Origin: an uncultured Acidobacteriota bacterium
GTDB taxonomy: Bacteria; Acidobacteriota; Thermoanaerobaculia; UBA5066; DATFVB01
Direction: 5' to 3'
DNA: 64,000 bases
Assembly: GCA_963813155.1 (NCBI GenBank)
Contig: CAWEYG010000002.1
Coordinates: 128,001-192,000 of the forward strand
This document shows, piece by piece, positions 30,071 to 39,912 of this stretch. Numbering within the stretch: position 1 is the first letter of the stretch; each line of letters starts with the position of its first letter. The position numbers and the translations under genes were made by a program. The notes beneath the pieces were generated by a model. The model was not told the DNA's origin. It worked only from the letters and a program-made list of their open reading frames with translations, and searched no databases.

Positions 30071-30910
30071 ATGCCTCTCGTCTTCCTGCTCTTCTTCCTG
30101 TTCTTCCTCCTGTTCTTCTGGGCCGCGCCCGGCGTCGCCGGAACCCAGCCCGTTCCCCCGGGGGTTCTCGACTTCTCCCGCGCGCTGCCCCGCCTTTTCG
30201 ACGATCTCGGAAACACGGTCGCCCGCGAGGAAATGGTGCAGCAGCTCTACCGGCGCGGCCGGCTCGCCGACCGCAGAGTTCTCGTCTCCGACTACCAGGT
30301 CGCCCACCTGGACTCGGATCCCTCGGCGCTCTGGGAGTTCCGGTTCGTCCGGATGGTCGACGGGCGCAAAGTGCGCGACTTCGACCGCCGAATCTCCGAC
30401 TTCTTTCTTCTGCGCAACGCGAGCGCCCGGGAGGAGCGCATTCGGCTCACGCGGCTCGCGTTCGACCAGTCCCTCCCCTTCTGCTACTGGCACAACCTGA
30501 CCCTCGCGCTCGAGGCGTTCGGCGAAGGGCTGCTGTCCGACTTCGACTGGCGCGCGACGTCGGAAGGCGCGAAATTCCGCCAGGTGCGCGGCCTCGGCCT
30601 CCCGGAGGATTTTTTCGATCCGCGCTCCCCGCGGCGCTATCCCAGCGGGGAGATCCGGCTCGCCGGAGAACGGCACGAGATTTCGCGGCTGACGCTCGAA
30701 TTCCCCTTCCAGGGCGATCTCGTCCGCGCGACGCTCCGCTTCGCGCCGGTCGAGGCGCCCTCGGGCGCGGTCCTGCCGCGGGAGTACGAGGTCATCCGCT
30801 TCCGGCGGCAATCGGGAGAGGTCGTGACGCGAACGACGTTTCGCTACTCCGAGTTTCGCCGGTTTTCCGTCGAGACGAGGGAAAACGCCGGGAATTCCCC
30901 CGAAAAGTAG
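30071..30910 (+). CDS. Secreted hypothetical protein
   Basis: Phe/Leu-rich signal peptide; beta-rich mature region ending ...TTFRYSEFRRF. Confidence 0.6.
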   Translation: MPLVFLLFFLFFLLFFWAAPGVAGTQPVPPGVLDFSRALPRLFDDLGNTVAREEMVQQLYRRGRLADRRVLVSDYQVAHLDSDPSALWEFRFVRMVDGRKVRDFDRRISDFFLLRNASAREERIRLTRLAFDQSLPFCYWHNLTLALEAFGEGLLSDFDWRATSEGAKFRQVRGLGLPEDFFDPRSPRRYPSGEIRLAGERHEISRLTLEFPFQGDLVRATLRFAPVEAPSGAVLPREYEVIRFRRQSGEVVTRTTFRYSEFRRFSVETRENAGNSPEK

Positions 30911-30931
30911 CCTCCGGCCCGCGGAAAGCCT

Positions 30932-30957
30932 GGAACTTTCCGGTTCGGCCTCCGTAT
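30932..30957 (+). promoter_or_regulatory. Putative ECF sigma-factor promoter
   Basis: GGAACT...CGTAT with AAC-N16-CGT spacing, about 70 nt upstream of the exporter operon. Confidence 0.5.
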
Positions 30958-31026
30958 GTGCTGGATGAACGGCGGCCGAGTTTCCGGAGCGCTCGAGTGC
31001 CGCTTCTTGAACAAAAGGATGGCGTC

Positions 31027-32241
31027 ATGAAGAAACGATGGATCTGGATCGGTTTGGTCGCGGTGCTGGCGGCGGGCGGGCTCCTGGCGGCGAGGAATCG
31101 CGGCAAAGGGGACCCGAAGGAAGAGAACAGCCCGTTCCGCCTCGGGAAAGTTCAGACCGAGGACCTGCAGGTGAGCGTCCGCGAAGTCGGAGTCGTCGAT
31201 CCCGTCACGAAGGTCGACGTCAAGTCCGCGGTTTCCGGACGGGTCGTCGCGATCCGCGTCCGCGAAGGCGACCGGGTGCGAGTCGGCGACATGCTCGCGG
31301 AAGTCGAGCCGGACGTCAACCAGGCCCAGTCGCTCTCCGACGTGCAGGCCGGGGTCACCGAGGCGAAGCTCCGGCTCGAAGACGCCCAGCGGGAATTCGC
31401 GAACCAGAAAGCTCTTTTCGACAACGGCCTCATCGGCGCCGACGCGATGAAGTCGGTCCTGAACAAACGCCAGATCGCCGAAGAACAATTGCGGGCCGCG
31501 AGTACGCGCTACCAGATCGTCGAGGCCCGCGGCATTCCGATCTCGGGCGACGCGTCTTCGCAGAAGGCGAGGGTCGCGAGCCCGATGAACGGCGTCGTCA
31601 TCAAGAAGGGAATCGAGATCGGGCAGACGGTCACGTCGGGAGTTTCCTCGTTCAGCGACGGCACGGTCCTGTTCACGGTCGCGGACCTGAAGTCCCTGAT
31701 CGTCCGCGTCAACCTGAACGAGGTCGACATCGCGAAGGTCACGGTCGGCGAGCCCGTGCGGATCACGCTCGACGCGTATCCCCAGAAGGTCTTCACCGGC
31801 CGGGTCCGGTTCGTCGCTCCGGCCGCGAAGCTCGTCGAAAAGATCAAGGTCTTTGAAATCGAGATCGCGCTCGACCGGCTCGAGGACTCCTTCCGGACCG
31901 GCATGAGCGCGAACGTCGAGATCCTCGGCGAGAAACGCCATGCCGCGATCTCGATCCCGCTCGAAGCGCTCCAGCGCCGCGACGGCGAGACCGTCGCTTA
32001 CCGGCTGAAGGCTCCCCTCGCGCCGAAGCAGCTCGCCGCGGCGAAAGAGGGCCTGAGCGGCCGGAACAAGTACACGTGGCTCTCCGACCACTGGAAGGAG
32101 TACTTCGACGTCGTGCCGGTGAAAGCGGGCGTCGCGACACTCGAGCGCGTCGAGATCGCGTCCGGGCTCACGGCCGGCGGCCAGGTCTCCCTCGAAGACC
32201 CGACGAAGAAGCGAATCGAGAAGGACGATGAAAACAACTGA
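31027..32241 (+). CDS. MacA/YknX-like periplasmic adaptor subunit
   Basis: N-terminal anchor; VKSAVSGRV...VREGDRV, SPMNGVV, LNEVDIAKV, RTGMSANVEI. Confidence 0.88.
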   Translation: MKKRWIWIGLVAVLAAGGLLAARNRGKGDPKEENSPFRLGKVQTEDLQVSVREVGVVDPVTKVDVKSAVSGRVVAIRVREGDRVRVGDMLAEVEPDVNQAQSLSDVQAGVTEAKLRLEDAQREFANQKALFDNGLIGADAMKSVLNKRQIAEEQLRAASTRYQIVEARGIPISGDASSQKARVASPMNGVVIKKGIEIGQTVTSGVSSFSDGTVLFTVADLKSLIVRVNLNEVDIAKVTVGEPVRITLDAYPQKVFTGRVRFVAPAAKLVEKIKVFEIEIALDRLEDSFRTGMSANVEILGEKRHAAISIPLEALQRRDGETVAYRLKAPLAPKQLAAAKEGLSGRNKYTWLSDHWKEYFDVVPVKAGVATLERVEIASGLTAGGQVSLEDPTKKRIEKDDENN

Positions 32242-32923
32242 CGCGATCATCGAGATCTCGGGCGTCACGAAGGTCTACGGCGCGAACGGCACGGCCGTGC
32301 ACGCGCTCCGCGGCATCGACCTGACGGTGCGGGCGGGAGAATTCGTCGCGCTCATCGGGCCTTCGGGCTCCGGAAAATCCACGCTGATGGCGATCCTCGG
32401 CTGCCTCGATTCCCCGACCGGCGGGAGCTACCGGTTCGACGGCCAGGCGGTCGAAGGCCTCTCCGGGCCGGAGCTCGCGGCGATCCGAAATCAGAAGATC
32501 GGCTTCGTGTTTCAGAGCTACAACCTCCTTCCGAAGGCGTCGGTCGCGCGCAACGTCGAGCTCCCGATGCTCTACGCGGGCGTCGGTCGCCGGGAGCGCC
32601 GGCGGCGCGCCCTCGAGCTCCTCGAGAAGGTCGGCATCCCCGACAAGGCGAATCAGCTGCCCGCCGTTCTGTCGGGAGGCCAGCGGCAGCGCGTCGCGAT
32701 CGCCCGTTCCCTCGCGAACCACCCCGCGATGCTCCTCGCGGACGAACCGACGGGGGCGCTCGACTCGCACACGGGCCACGAGGTGCTGGAACTGTTCCGC
32801 GACCTTCACCGGCAGGGGAACACGGTCATTCTCGTCACGCACGACCCGACGATCGCCGCGCTGGCCCAGCGCCGCGTCGAAATTCACGACGGCCGGGTCG
32901 GGCCGGCGGAAGCCGCCGCGTGA
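32228..32923 (+). CDS. ABC transporter ATP-binding protein (MacB/LolD type)
   Basis: GPSGSGKST, LSGGQRQRV, LLADEPTG. Confidence 0.93.
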   Translation: MKTTDAIIEISGVTKVYGANGTAVHALRGIDLTVRAGEFVALIGPSGSGKSTLMAILGCLDSPTGGSYRFDGQAVEGLSGPELAAIRNQKIGFVFQSYNLLPKASVARNVELPMLYAGVGRRERRRRALELLEKVGIPDKANQLPAVLSGGQRQRVAIARSLANHPAMLLADEPTGALDSHTGHEVLELFRDLHRQGNTVILVTHDPTIAALAQRRVEIHDGRVGPAEAAA

Positions 32924-34170
32924 GCGCGGAAGGCGCTTTCTCCGAACGGCTCGTTTCCGCCTGGACGGAAGTGCGGGAGAACGTCGGCCGGTCGATGCTC
33001 CAGGCCCTCGGCGTGATGCTCGGCGTCGCGTCGGTCCTCGGCGGCTTCTCGATCTCCGACAGCCAGCGCCGCCAGGCCGAGGAGCTGTTCGTTCGAATCG
33101 GAGGACTGGACAAGCTGAACGTGCAGCCGGCCGCGGCGGTGTCCGGCAACGCTCCCACCGCGCTGCAGATGGCGAACCTCGGCCTGAGGTCCGCCGACGG
33201 CGTGCGCGGCGCCGAGCTGGATCGCCAGATCATCGGCGGCGTCGGCGAACAGAAGCTCGCGAGGGTCAGAGTCCGTTCGGCCTACTCCGACCAGGAGAGG
33301 CAGATCACCGGCGTCGGAGGCGACTACCTCGCGATCCAGGGCTACGAGCTGGAGTCGGGCAGGAACCTCTCTTCCCAGGACATCGCGACGGCGGCGCCCG
33401 TCGCGGTCCTCGGAAGAGAGGCCGTCAGCGTCTTTTTCCCGACCGGCGACGCGCTCGGCCAGACGATGCGAATCGGCGACATCCCCGTCACCGTGATCGG
33501 CGTTCTTCGGGAGAAGGTCTTTCGGTTCCGCGACAATCAGGGAAACGTGTTCGCCTGGAGGAACCGCATCGTCGCGGTTCCCTCGACCCTCGTCGCGAGG
33601 CGGATGCAGGGGGATTCCTACGCGCGGATGGACAGAGTCACGTTCCGGATCCCGAAGGTGGACGCCATGGCGAAGTTCGCGAAGAGCCTCGACACGCTCC
33701 TGACGGCGAACCACCGGCTCCAGCGCGACTTCCGGCTCGACGACGTGAACGCCCGGATGAAGAAGATGGAGAGCCAGGGAGACATCTATAACCTGATCTT
33801 CATGCTGTCCGGCATGCTCGCGCTGCTCGGCGGCGGGATGGTCAACGTCAACATCCAGATGGCGACGTTGAAAGACCGCGTGCGGGAAGTCGGCGTCAAG
33901 ATGGCGATCGGCGCCTCCGGACGCGAAGTCTTCAAGGAATTCATGACCGAAGCCCTGCTGTTGACGCTGCTCGGAGGAACCGCGGGCCTCGTGGCGGGAG
34001 TCGTCTTTTCGAAGGTCATCACGGCCTCGATCGGGGTTCCCCTCCACATGGACGCGGGCAGCTTCCTGTGGGCGTTCTTCCTCGCCGGCGTGTTCGGGTT
34101 CCTCTTCGCGCTCTACCCGGCGATCAAGGCGAGCCGCCTCTCCCCGATGGAGGCGCTGCGCTATGAGTGA
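32920..34170 (+). CDS. ABC transporter permease (MacB/FtsX type)
   Basis: Four-TM MacB topology, REVGVKMAIGA, PAIKASRLSPMEALR. Confidence 0.9.
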   Translation: MSAEGAFSERLVSAWTEVRENVGRSMLQALGVMLGVASVLGGFSISDSQRRQAEELFVRIGGLDKLNVQPAAAVSGNAPTALQMANLGLRSADGVRGAELDRQIIGGVGEQKLARVRVRSAYSDQERQITGVGGDYLAIQGYELESGRNLSSQDIATAAPVAVLGREAVSVFFPTGDALGQTMRIGDIPVTVIGVLREKVFRFRDNQGNVFAWRNRIVAVPSTLVARRMQGDSYARMDRVTFRIPKVDAMAKFAKSLDTLLTANHRLQRDFRLDDVNARMKKMESQGDIYNLIFMLSGMLALLGGGMVNVNIQMATLKDRVREVGVKMAIGASGREVFKEFMTEALLLTLLGGTAGLVAGVVFSKVITASIGVPLHMDAGSFLWAFFLAGVFGFLFALYPAIKASRLSPMEALRYE

Positions 34171-35476
34171 GCTCACGCTCGGCCTTTCGAGACCGCTGCC
34201 CGAAATCCCCGCCGCCGCGCCGCCGGCGCGCCGGACGCTTTCGATGGGCGCGCGCCTCGCGCTGATGGCCGAAGTCGTCGCGGGCGGGTTCGTCGAGCTG
34301 TGGGCGCACAAGCTGCGGTCGTTCCTCACGCTCACGCTCCTGACGCTGGGCGTCTTCGCGCTCGTCGTGATGACGTCGGTTCTCGACGGCGTTCTGGACA
34401 AGATCGCGATGGGCTTCTCCGGAATGAGCTGGGACGGGACAGTGGTGCTCGCCCCGAAATCCCCGAAGACCAACGAAGATCAGAAGAGGTTCGCGATGAG
34501 CCCGGGACTCCGGTACGAGGACCTTCCCCGGCTCACCGCCCCGAACCCGAAGATCTTCGGTTTCGTGCCCCGCGCCTACACGCGCTCGGCCGTCCGGGTC
34601 CCGGGCGGCAGCGAGCGGATCTTCGTGACCGGCGTGGACCACGACTACGGGCCGTTCATGAACCGGCCGATCGGGCTGGGCCGCGGCCTCACCGAAGACG
34701 ACGAGCGGCGCCGCAGCACGGTCGCGGTCGTCGGAGCCACGCTCGGCTCGAAGCTCTTCGGCGGCTCGGACCCCGTCGGGCGCGACATCACCGTCGAGGG
34801 AATTCCCTTCCGCGTCGTCGGCGTCCAGGCCGCCGGCCAGATCTTCAACGACGAGAACTACATGGACGCGAACGGCATCCTCATTCCGCTCCCGACGTAC
34901 ATGGACCGGATCGACCCGGATCACAAGCTCGCGCAGCTCGCCGTCAAGCTCAACCGCAAGAGGGACGTCGGCGAGGTCTCCGCGATGCTTCTCGGCCGGG
35001 CCCGGCAGGCGCACCACGGAATCGAAGACGTGGAGATCACCGACCTCGACGCGGAGCTCGTCCGTTCGTACCAGAACTTCCTGGAGCAGATGCACGGCTG
35101 GCAGGTCGTGCTGATGAGCCTCGCGGGAACCGTGCTCCTCGTCGGCGGAGTCGGAGTGCTGTCCGTCATGCTCATCTCGTTCTCCGACCGGAAATTCGAG
35201 ATCGGCCTTCGCAAGGCGATCGGCGCATCGGACGGCGAGATCTTCCTGCAGTTCCTGCTCGAAGCCGTCGTTCTCGCGGCGGTCGGCGCGCTGATCGGAA
35301 CGGCCGGCGGCGCGACCGTCTGCCGGGCGCTCGCCGACAAGTTTCCGTACGGTCTCGTCGTCAACCCCATGGGTCTCGTGATCGCATGGGGAACGGCGAT
35401 CTCTCTTGCCGTCGTGTTCGGCTTGTACCCCGCTCTCCGGGCCTCGCGGCTCTCCCCGATGGAAGCCATGCGCTGA
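34163..35476 (+). CDS. ABC transporter permease (MacB/FtsX type)
   Basis: KLRSFLT, EIGLRKAIGA, QFLLE, PALRASRLSPMEAMR. Confidence 0.9.
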   Translation: MSELTLGLSRPLPEIPAAAPPARRTLSMGARLALMAEVVAGGFVELWAHKLRSFLTLTLLTLGVFALVVMTSVLDGVLDKIAMGFSGMSWDGTVVLAPKSPKTNEDQKRFAMSPGLRYEDLPRLTAPNPKIFGFVPRAYTRSAVRVPGGSERIFVTGVDHDYGPFMNRPIGLGRGLTEDDERRRSTVAVVGATLGSKLFGGSDPVGRDITVEGIPFRVVGVQAAGQIFNDENYMDANGILIPLPTYMDRIDPDHKLAQLAVKLNRKRDVGEVSAMLLGRARQAHHGIEDVEITDLDAELVRSYQNFLEQMHGWQVVLMSLAGTVLLVGGVGVLSVMLISFSDRKFEIGLRKAIGASDGEIFLQFLLEAVVLAAVGALIGTAGGATVCRALADKFPYGLVVNPMGLVIAWGTAISLAVVFGLYPALRASRLSPMEAMR

Positions 35477-35516
35477 CCGCCCCTCCCGGCCCGTGCTATA
35501 GATAGGGCCGCATCCG

Positions 35517-36296
35517 ATGGAAGAGCGGCGGATCGTCCCGAAGCACCACGCGCTCGTGCGGATCACGCACTGGGCGAACGTTCCGCTTTTGGCCGGAATG
35601 ATCCTCTCCGGGCTCTCGATCTACTGGGCCGCGCCCGTCGTTCGACACGCTCCGGACGCCCGCACCGGGAGCACCGACTATTTCGTCGACCTCGGCTACT
35701 GGGCGGTCGCGCACGTTCCGGGCCAGAGCCACGACCCCGAGCCCCGATTCTGGTTCTACAACCACTTCAGCCTCGGCCACGGAATCCTCGCCGAGGCTCT
35801 GCGGTTCCACTGGTTCTTCGCCTACTTCTTCATGCTCAACGGCGTCCTGTACCTGGCCGGGCTCCTCCTCGGCGGCGGATACAAGTCTCTTCTCCCGCGC
35901 TTCGCGGATCTGAAGGGCGCGCTCGCGATGAGCCGGTATTACGCGGGCCTCGTCCCCGCGAAGCTGCTGAAAAGGCCGTGGCCTCATCCACCCGTTCGCG
36001 CGAAGTACAACTCGCTGCAGAAGCTCGGTTATTTTTCGATGCCCGTCTTCGGCGGGCTCGCTGTCGCGACCGGTTGGGCCATCCACAAGCCGGCCCAGCT
36101 CGGCTGGCTGGAACGCGCGTTCGGCGGATACGACCGGGCGAGGCTGTGGCATTTCCTCCTACTCTGGGTCTTTCTCGGCTTCGTGGTCCCGCACGTCGTC
36201 CTCGTCGTCGCCGACGGGTGGGACACGTTCCGCTCGATGGTCGTCGGCTGGTCCACGCGGGTGAAGGGAGAGGAACCGGAACATGACGAGCCCTGA
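35517..36296 (+). CDS. Di-heme cytochrome b subunit
   Basis: RITHW, RFHWFFA, YNSLQKLGY, RLWHF...PHV heme-ligand histidines. Confidence 0.85.
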   Translation: MEERRIVPKHHALVRITHWANVPLLAGMILSGLSIYWAAPVVRHAPDARTGSTDYFVDLGYWAVAHVPGQSHDPEPRFWFYNHFSLGHGILAEALRFHWFFAYFFMLNGVLYLAGLLLGGGYKSLLPRFADLKGALAMSRYYAGLVPAKLLKRPWPHPPVRAKYNSLQKLGYFSMPVFGGLAVATGWAIHKPAQLGWLERAFGGYDRARLWHFLLLWVFLGFVVPHVVLVVADGWDTFRSMVVGWSTRVKGEEPEHDEP

Positions 36297-37323
36297 CGAA
36301 CCGGAAGCTCCGCCGGCTTCCCCGGAACCGACCCTGGAATCGGAATCGGTCACGAAACAGATTCCCGCCGTCGAGCCGCCGCCAGCCGAAGAGCGGGCCA
36401 TTGCGGAAGCGGGGCCTGAACCGGATTCCGAACCCGAACCCCAGCCCCTGCGCCCTTCATTCTTCGCTCGATTCGATGAGCCTCCGGAGGAGCCGCGGAT
36501 CGTCGCGGCGCGCGATCTCCGCCGCCAGACGCGGCGCGACTTTCTGATCTTCGGCGCGGGCACGGCCGCGGCGGCGGCTGCGTTCTGGTGGGTCCTCCCC
36601 GACGGGGCGCAGGACCGGATCCTCACGACAGAGCGCCGCGAATGGCTCGATTCGATGGAGGCGAGGGCCGGGATCGGCCCGAAAGCGAAGGAGAAATTCC
36701 TGAACCGGGCGCTGACGTTCGACGACGACGTCGCGGAGGCTCTCTATTCCCGGAGCCGCAGGGTCCGGACGTACCGAAAGTCGGACATCACGCCGCTGCG
36801 GAACAACTACGACGGCCAGACGCCCGACCCCGACTACATCCCGGACTGGACGCTGGACGTCGAAGGACTCGCCTCGGGAAAAGCGGAGCGCTTCACGATC
36901 GGCGACCTGACGTCGAAGTTCCGCCGGCACGACCAGATCACGAGGCTCTGCTGCGTCGAAGGCTGGAGCGCGATCGCCTGGTGGGGAGGAGTGCGGTTCG
37001 GAGATCTCCTCGAGGCCCATCCGCCCGCCCCCGGCTTTCGCTGGGCAAAGCTCGAATCCTCGGTCAATCTCGATTCCGAAGGCGATCCCGACCCCTACTT
37101 CGTTTCGATCGACCTCGAGACGGCGCGCCATCCCCAGACGCTCCTCGCGACGCACCAGAACGATCTGCCGCTCACTGTCGAGCACGGCGCGCCCCTGCGG
37201 CTGCTCGCTCCGATGAAGCTCGGCCTGAAGAACATCAAAGCGGTGACGAAGATCGTCTACTCGCGCGAAGAGCCGCCCGACTACTGGGCGCTCCAGGGAT
37301 ATTCGAAGTACGACGGGCTGTAA
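36283..37323 (+). CDS. Molybdopterin oxidoreductase, sulfite oxidase/MsrP-like
   Basis: Tat motif TRRDFL; CVEGWSAIAWWGGV, HPQTLLA, HGAPLRL, KLGLKNIK. Confidence 0.88.
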   Translation: MTSPDEPEAPPASPEPTLESESVTKQIPAVEPPPAEERAIAEAGPEPDSEPEPQPLRPSFFARFDEPPEEPRIVAARDLRRQTRRDFLIFGAGTAAAAAAFWWVLPDGAQDRILTTERREWLDSMEARAGIGPKAKEKFLNRALTFDDDVAEALYSRSRRVRTYRKSDITPLRNNYDGQTPDPDYIPDWTLDVEGLASGKAERFTIGDLTSKFRRHDQITRLCCVEGWSAIAWWGGVRFGDLLEAHPPAPGFRWAKLESSVNLDSEGDPDPYFVSIDLETARHPQTLLATHQNDLPLTVEHGAPLRLLAPMKLGLKNIKAVTKIVYSREEPPDYWALQGYSKYDGL

Positions 37324-37407
37324 GGCTCGCTCGGCCCGCTCGGGACTAGCGCCGGCCCGGCGAGCGGGCCCTGTCGCGGGACTCGCCCCGCACCACCCGC
37401 TCTCTAA

Positions 37408-37506
37408 TGCGCCGGCGCGTTGGCCCCACCGCTCTCGGGCTTTCGCTCAGGGTTGGAGCCAGTACCCGTGAGCGAAGCCGCGACAGAGCGGCCGGGGCTC
37501 GACGCG
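37408..37506. repeat. Repeat module X as a long imperfect hairpin
   Basis: CCGCTCT..TTCGCTCA.GGGT pairs with ACCC.TGAGCGAA..AGAGCGG; left arm matches 1270-1311 inverted. Confidence 0.75.
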
Positions 37507-37672
37507 GGTCACAGGTGCCTCCCGAGAGGAGCGTATGTTTTTTCGCTGATGTGACGCTGAACAAATGAGCGCGATGTCGCGAAAAAACTTGCCCGAGGAG
37601 CGCGCACGGACAGGATGCCACTGCCGGGCGCGCTGCGTCTCCTCGAGGGAAGCACCGAAGACCCGCGTGGGG
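37501..37672 (-). repeat. ~171-bp structured repeat element Z, copy B
   Basis: Reverse complement aligns end to end with 27008-27178; central loop divergent. Confidence 0.9.
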
Positions 37673-37701
37673 CTCAGCCGCGACCCGGCGAGCGAATCCA
37701 A

Positions 37702-39912
37702 CTACGCCGGGGTCAAATTCGCAAACTTCGCGACGAACTTCTTCTTCCCCGCACGGTCGAAAAACACCGTCAGCCGCGCGTCGTCGCCCGAACCCTCCTG
37801 CTGGAGGATCACTCCCGCTCCGTAGGTCGGATGGCGGACTCGCGCGCCGCGGTGCAGGCCCGGAAGGGTGCCGGGCACGGGCTTGCGCCGCGCGACGGTG
37901 ATCGAAGGCCCGCGCGAGACCGGCGAAGCCTCCTCCTCGGCCCGCCTCGACCGCGGGAAAAGCGAGGGCGTCCTCGCCGCGAACGGGTCCGCGTCGATGC
38001 GGACCACGTCTTCGGGTAGTTCGTCGAGAAAGGGAGACGGATACCGCGGGCGCGCCTCGCCGTAGAGCAGCCGGTGCCGCGCGAGCGTCAGCGTCAGCCG
38101 GCGCCGGGCCCGCGTCATGCCGACGTACAGCAGGCGGCGCTCCTCCTCGACCTCCTCTTCCGAGGCCGTACTCTGGGAATGGGGAAGGAAGCCTTCTTCG
38201 AGTCCGGCGACGAACACCTGCGAAAACTCCAGCCCCTTCGCCGAGTGAAGCGTCAGGAGCGAGACCGCGCCCTCGGGGCGCGCGACGTCCGCGTCGCTCG
38301 CGAGCGCGAGAGCGTCCAGAAAACCGCGAGCGCTCGCGTTCTCCCCTTCCCGCAGCTCGTACTCCCGGGCCGCGGAGACGAGCTCCCTCAGGTTCTCGCG
38401 CCGCGCGACGTCCTCCGCCTCCTCGGAGCGCGCGTACAGGTCGCCATAGCCCGACTTCTCGAGCACGAGCTCCAGCAGGACGGCCGCGGAGACCTCGGCG
38501 CTCCGGCTCTCGAGCTCGCGAATCGTTTCGCGAAATCGCGCGAGCGCGATCCGGGCGCGCTCGGTGATCCCCTCGGCGGCCTCCGAACCCTCGAACAGGG
38601 ACACACCCTTCTCGGCGGCCGTCTTCGCCACGCGCTCGAGCGTCGCCTCTCCGATCCCGCGCGCGGGCCGGTTCACGACGCGGCGAAAAGCGAGGTCGTC
38701 GCGAAAATCCAGCGCGAGCCGGTAGTAGGCGATGGAGTCCTTCACCTCCGCGCGCTCGTAGAATTTCATCCCACCGATCACGACATACGGAATCCGCCGC
38801 CGTACGAGCTCGTCCTCGAAGGAGCGCGACTGGGCGTTCACGCGGAAGAGAATCGCCGACTCGGAAATCGGGTGGACGCGCTCTTCGAGGCGGGAAACGA
38901 TCCAATCCGCCTCGGACCGGTCGTCGCGAAACGAGCGCACTTCCACCGGTTCGCCCTCCCCGGATTCGCCGACGAGGACCTTCGGGCGCCGCCGGCGGTT
39001 CGCGGAGACTACCGCCCCCGCGGCCTTCAGGATCCGGCTCGTGGAGCGGTAGTTCCGCGTGAGCGAGACGACGGTCGCGCCGGGAAAATCCTCCTCGAAG
39101 GCCAGGATGTGCTCCACCCGGGCGCCGCGCCAGCGATAGATCGACTGGTCTTCGTCCCCAACGGCGACGAGGGACTGGGCGGCCGCCCCGATGAGCTTGA
39201 CGAGCGAGTCCTGCGCGCCGTTGGTGTCCTGATATTCGTCAATCAGCAGATGCGAGATCGCCCGCTGCTCGGCAACCCTCGTTTCCTCGGAGGTCTGGAG
39301 CAGGCGAACGGACGCGCCGATGAGGTCGTCGAAGTCGAACGCGTTTCCCGCGCGAAGCTTCTTCTCGTAAACGGCATAGATCGACGCGATCTTCTCGGCC
39401 GCGAAGCCCTCGGCCGCGGTCGCGGCCCGCGCCGGCGAGACGAGCGCCGACTTCGCCTCGGAAATGCGCGAGAGGGCGGCGCCCGGGGTGAGCATCTGCT
39501 CGGAGATCGACAGTTCCGCCATCGCCTCCCGGACGAGGGCCGCCTGATCGCCGGAATCCGCGATCGAGAAAGCGGCCGTCCGCCCGTCCGCGCCGCCCGC
39601 GCGGCGCAGGAATCGAAGCCCCCAGGAATGAAACGTCCCGACGAAGCTCGCCAGCCTCGACACGCCGAGGAGCGCCCGCACGCGCTCGCGCATTTCCTCC
39701 GCTGCCTTGTTCGTGAACGTGACCGCGACGACGGAGCGCGGGTCGGCGCCGTCCTCGATCAGCCTCGCGAGGCGCCGCGTCACGACCCGCGTCTTCCCCG
39801 AGCCGGCCCCCGCGAGCACGAGAAGCGGGCCCCGCCCGTGGGAGACGGCCGCCGCCTGCTCCGGGTTGAGGCCTTCGAGAAGGCTCGCCGCCCGATCCTG
39901 CGTCGAAGGCAT
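37702..39912 (-). CDS. uvrD: ATP-dependent DNA helicase UvrD/PcrA
   Basis: LAGAGSGKT, TFTNKAA, DEYQD, VGDEDQSIY, NYRS, TLHSAKGLEF, EERRLLYVGMTRA, C-terminal Tudor-like domain. Confidence 0.95.
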   Translation of the reverse strand: MPSTQDRAASLLEGLNPEQAAAVSHGRGPLLVLAGAGSGKTRVVTRRLARLIEDGADPRSVVAVTFTNKAAEEMRERVRALLGVSRLASFVGTFHSWGLRFLRRAGGADGRTAAFSIADSGDQAALVREAMAELSISEQMLTPGAALSRISEAKSALVSPARAATAAEGFAAEKIASIYAVYEKKLRAGNAFDFDDLIGASVRLLQTSEETRVAEQRAISHLLIDEYQDTNGAQDSLVKLIGAAAQSLVAVGDEDQSIYRWRGARVEHILAFEEDFPGATVVSLTRNYRSTSRILKAAGAVVSANRRRRPKVLVGESGEGEPVEVRSFRDDRSEADWIVSRLEERVHPISESAILFRVNAQSRSFEDELVRRRIPYVVIGGMKFYERAEVKDSIAYYRLALDFRDDLAFRRVVNRPARGIGEATLERVAKTAAEKGVSLFEGSEAAEGITERARIALARFRETIRELESRSAEVSAAVLLELVLEKSGYGDLYARSEEAEDVARRENLRELVSAAREYELREGENASARGFLDALALASDADVARPEGAVSLLTLHSAKGLEFSQVFVAGLEEGFLPHSQSTASEEEVEEERRLLYVGMTRARRRLTLTLARHRLLYGEARPRYPSPFLDELPEDVVRIDADPFAARTPSLFPRSRRAEEEASPVSRGPSITVARRKPVPGTLPGLHRGARVRHPTYGAGVILQQEGSGDDARLTVFFDRAGKKKFVAKFANLTPA

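Noticed and set aside
30077-30120. TTC-rich microsatellite-like stretch
   Set aside because: It encodes the Phe/Leu h-region of a signal peptide and is an imperfect triplet run, unlikely to be a phase-variation tract.
37324-37699. tRNA, tmRNA, SRP, RNase P or 6S RNA in the long intergenic region
   Set aside because: No diagnostic motifs found by eye; dispersed repeat modules explain the sequence.
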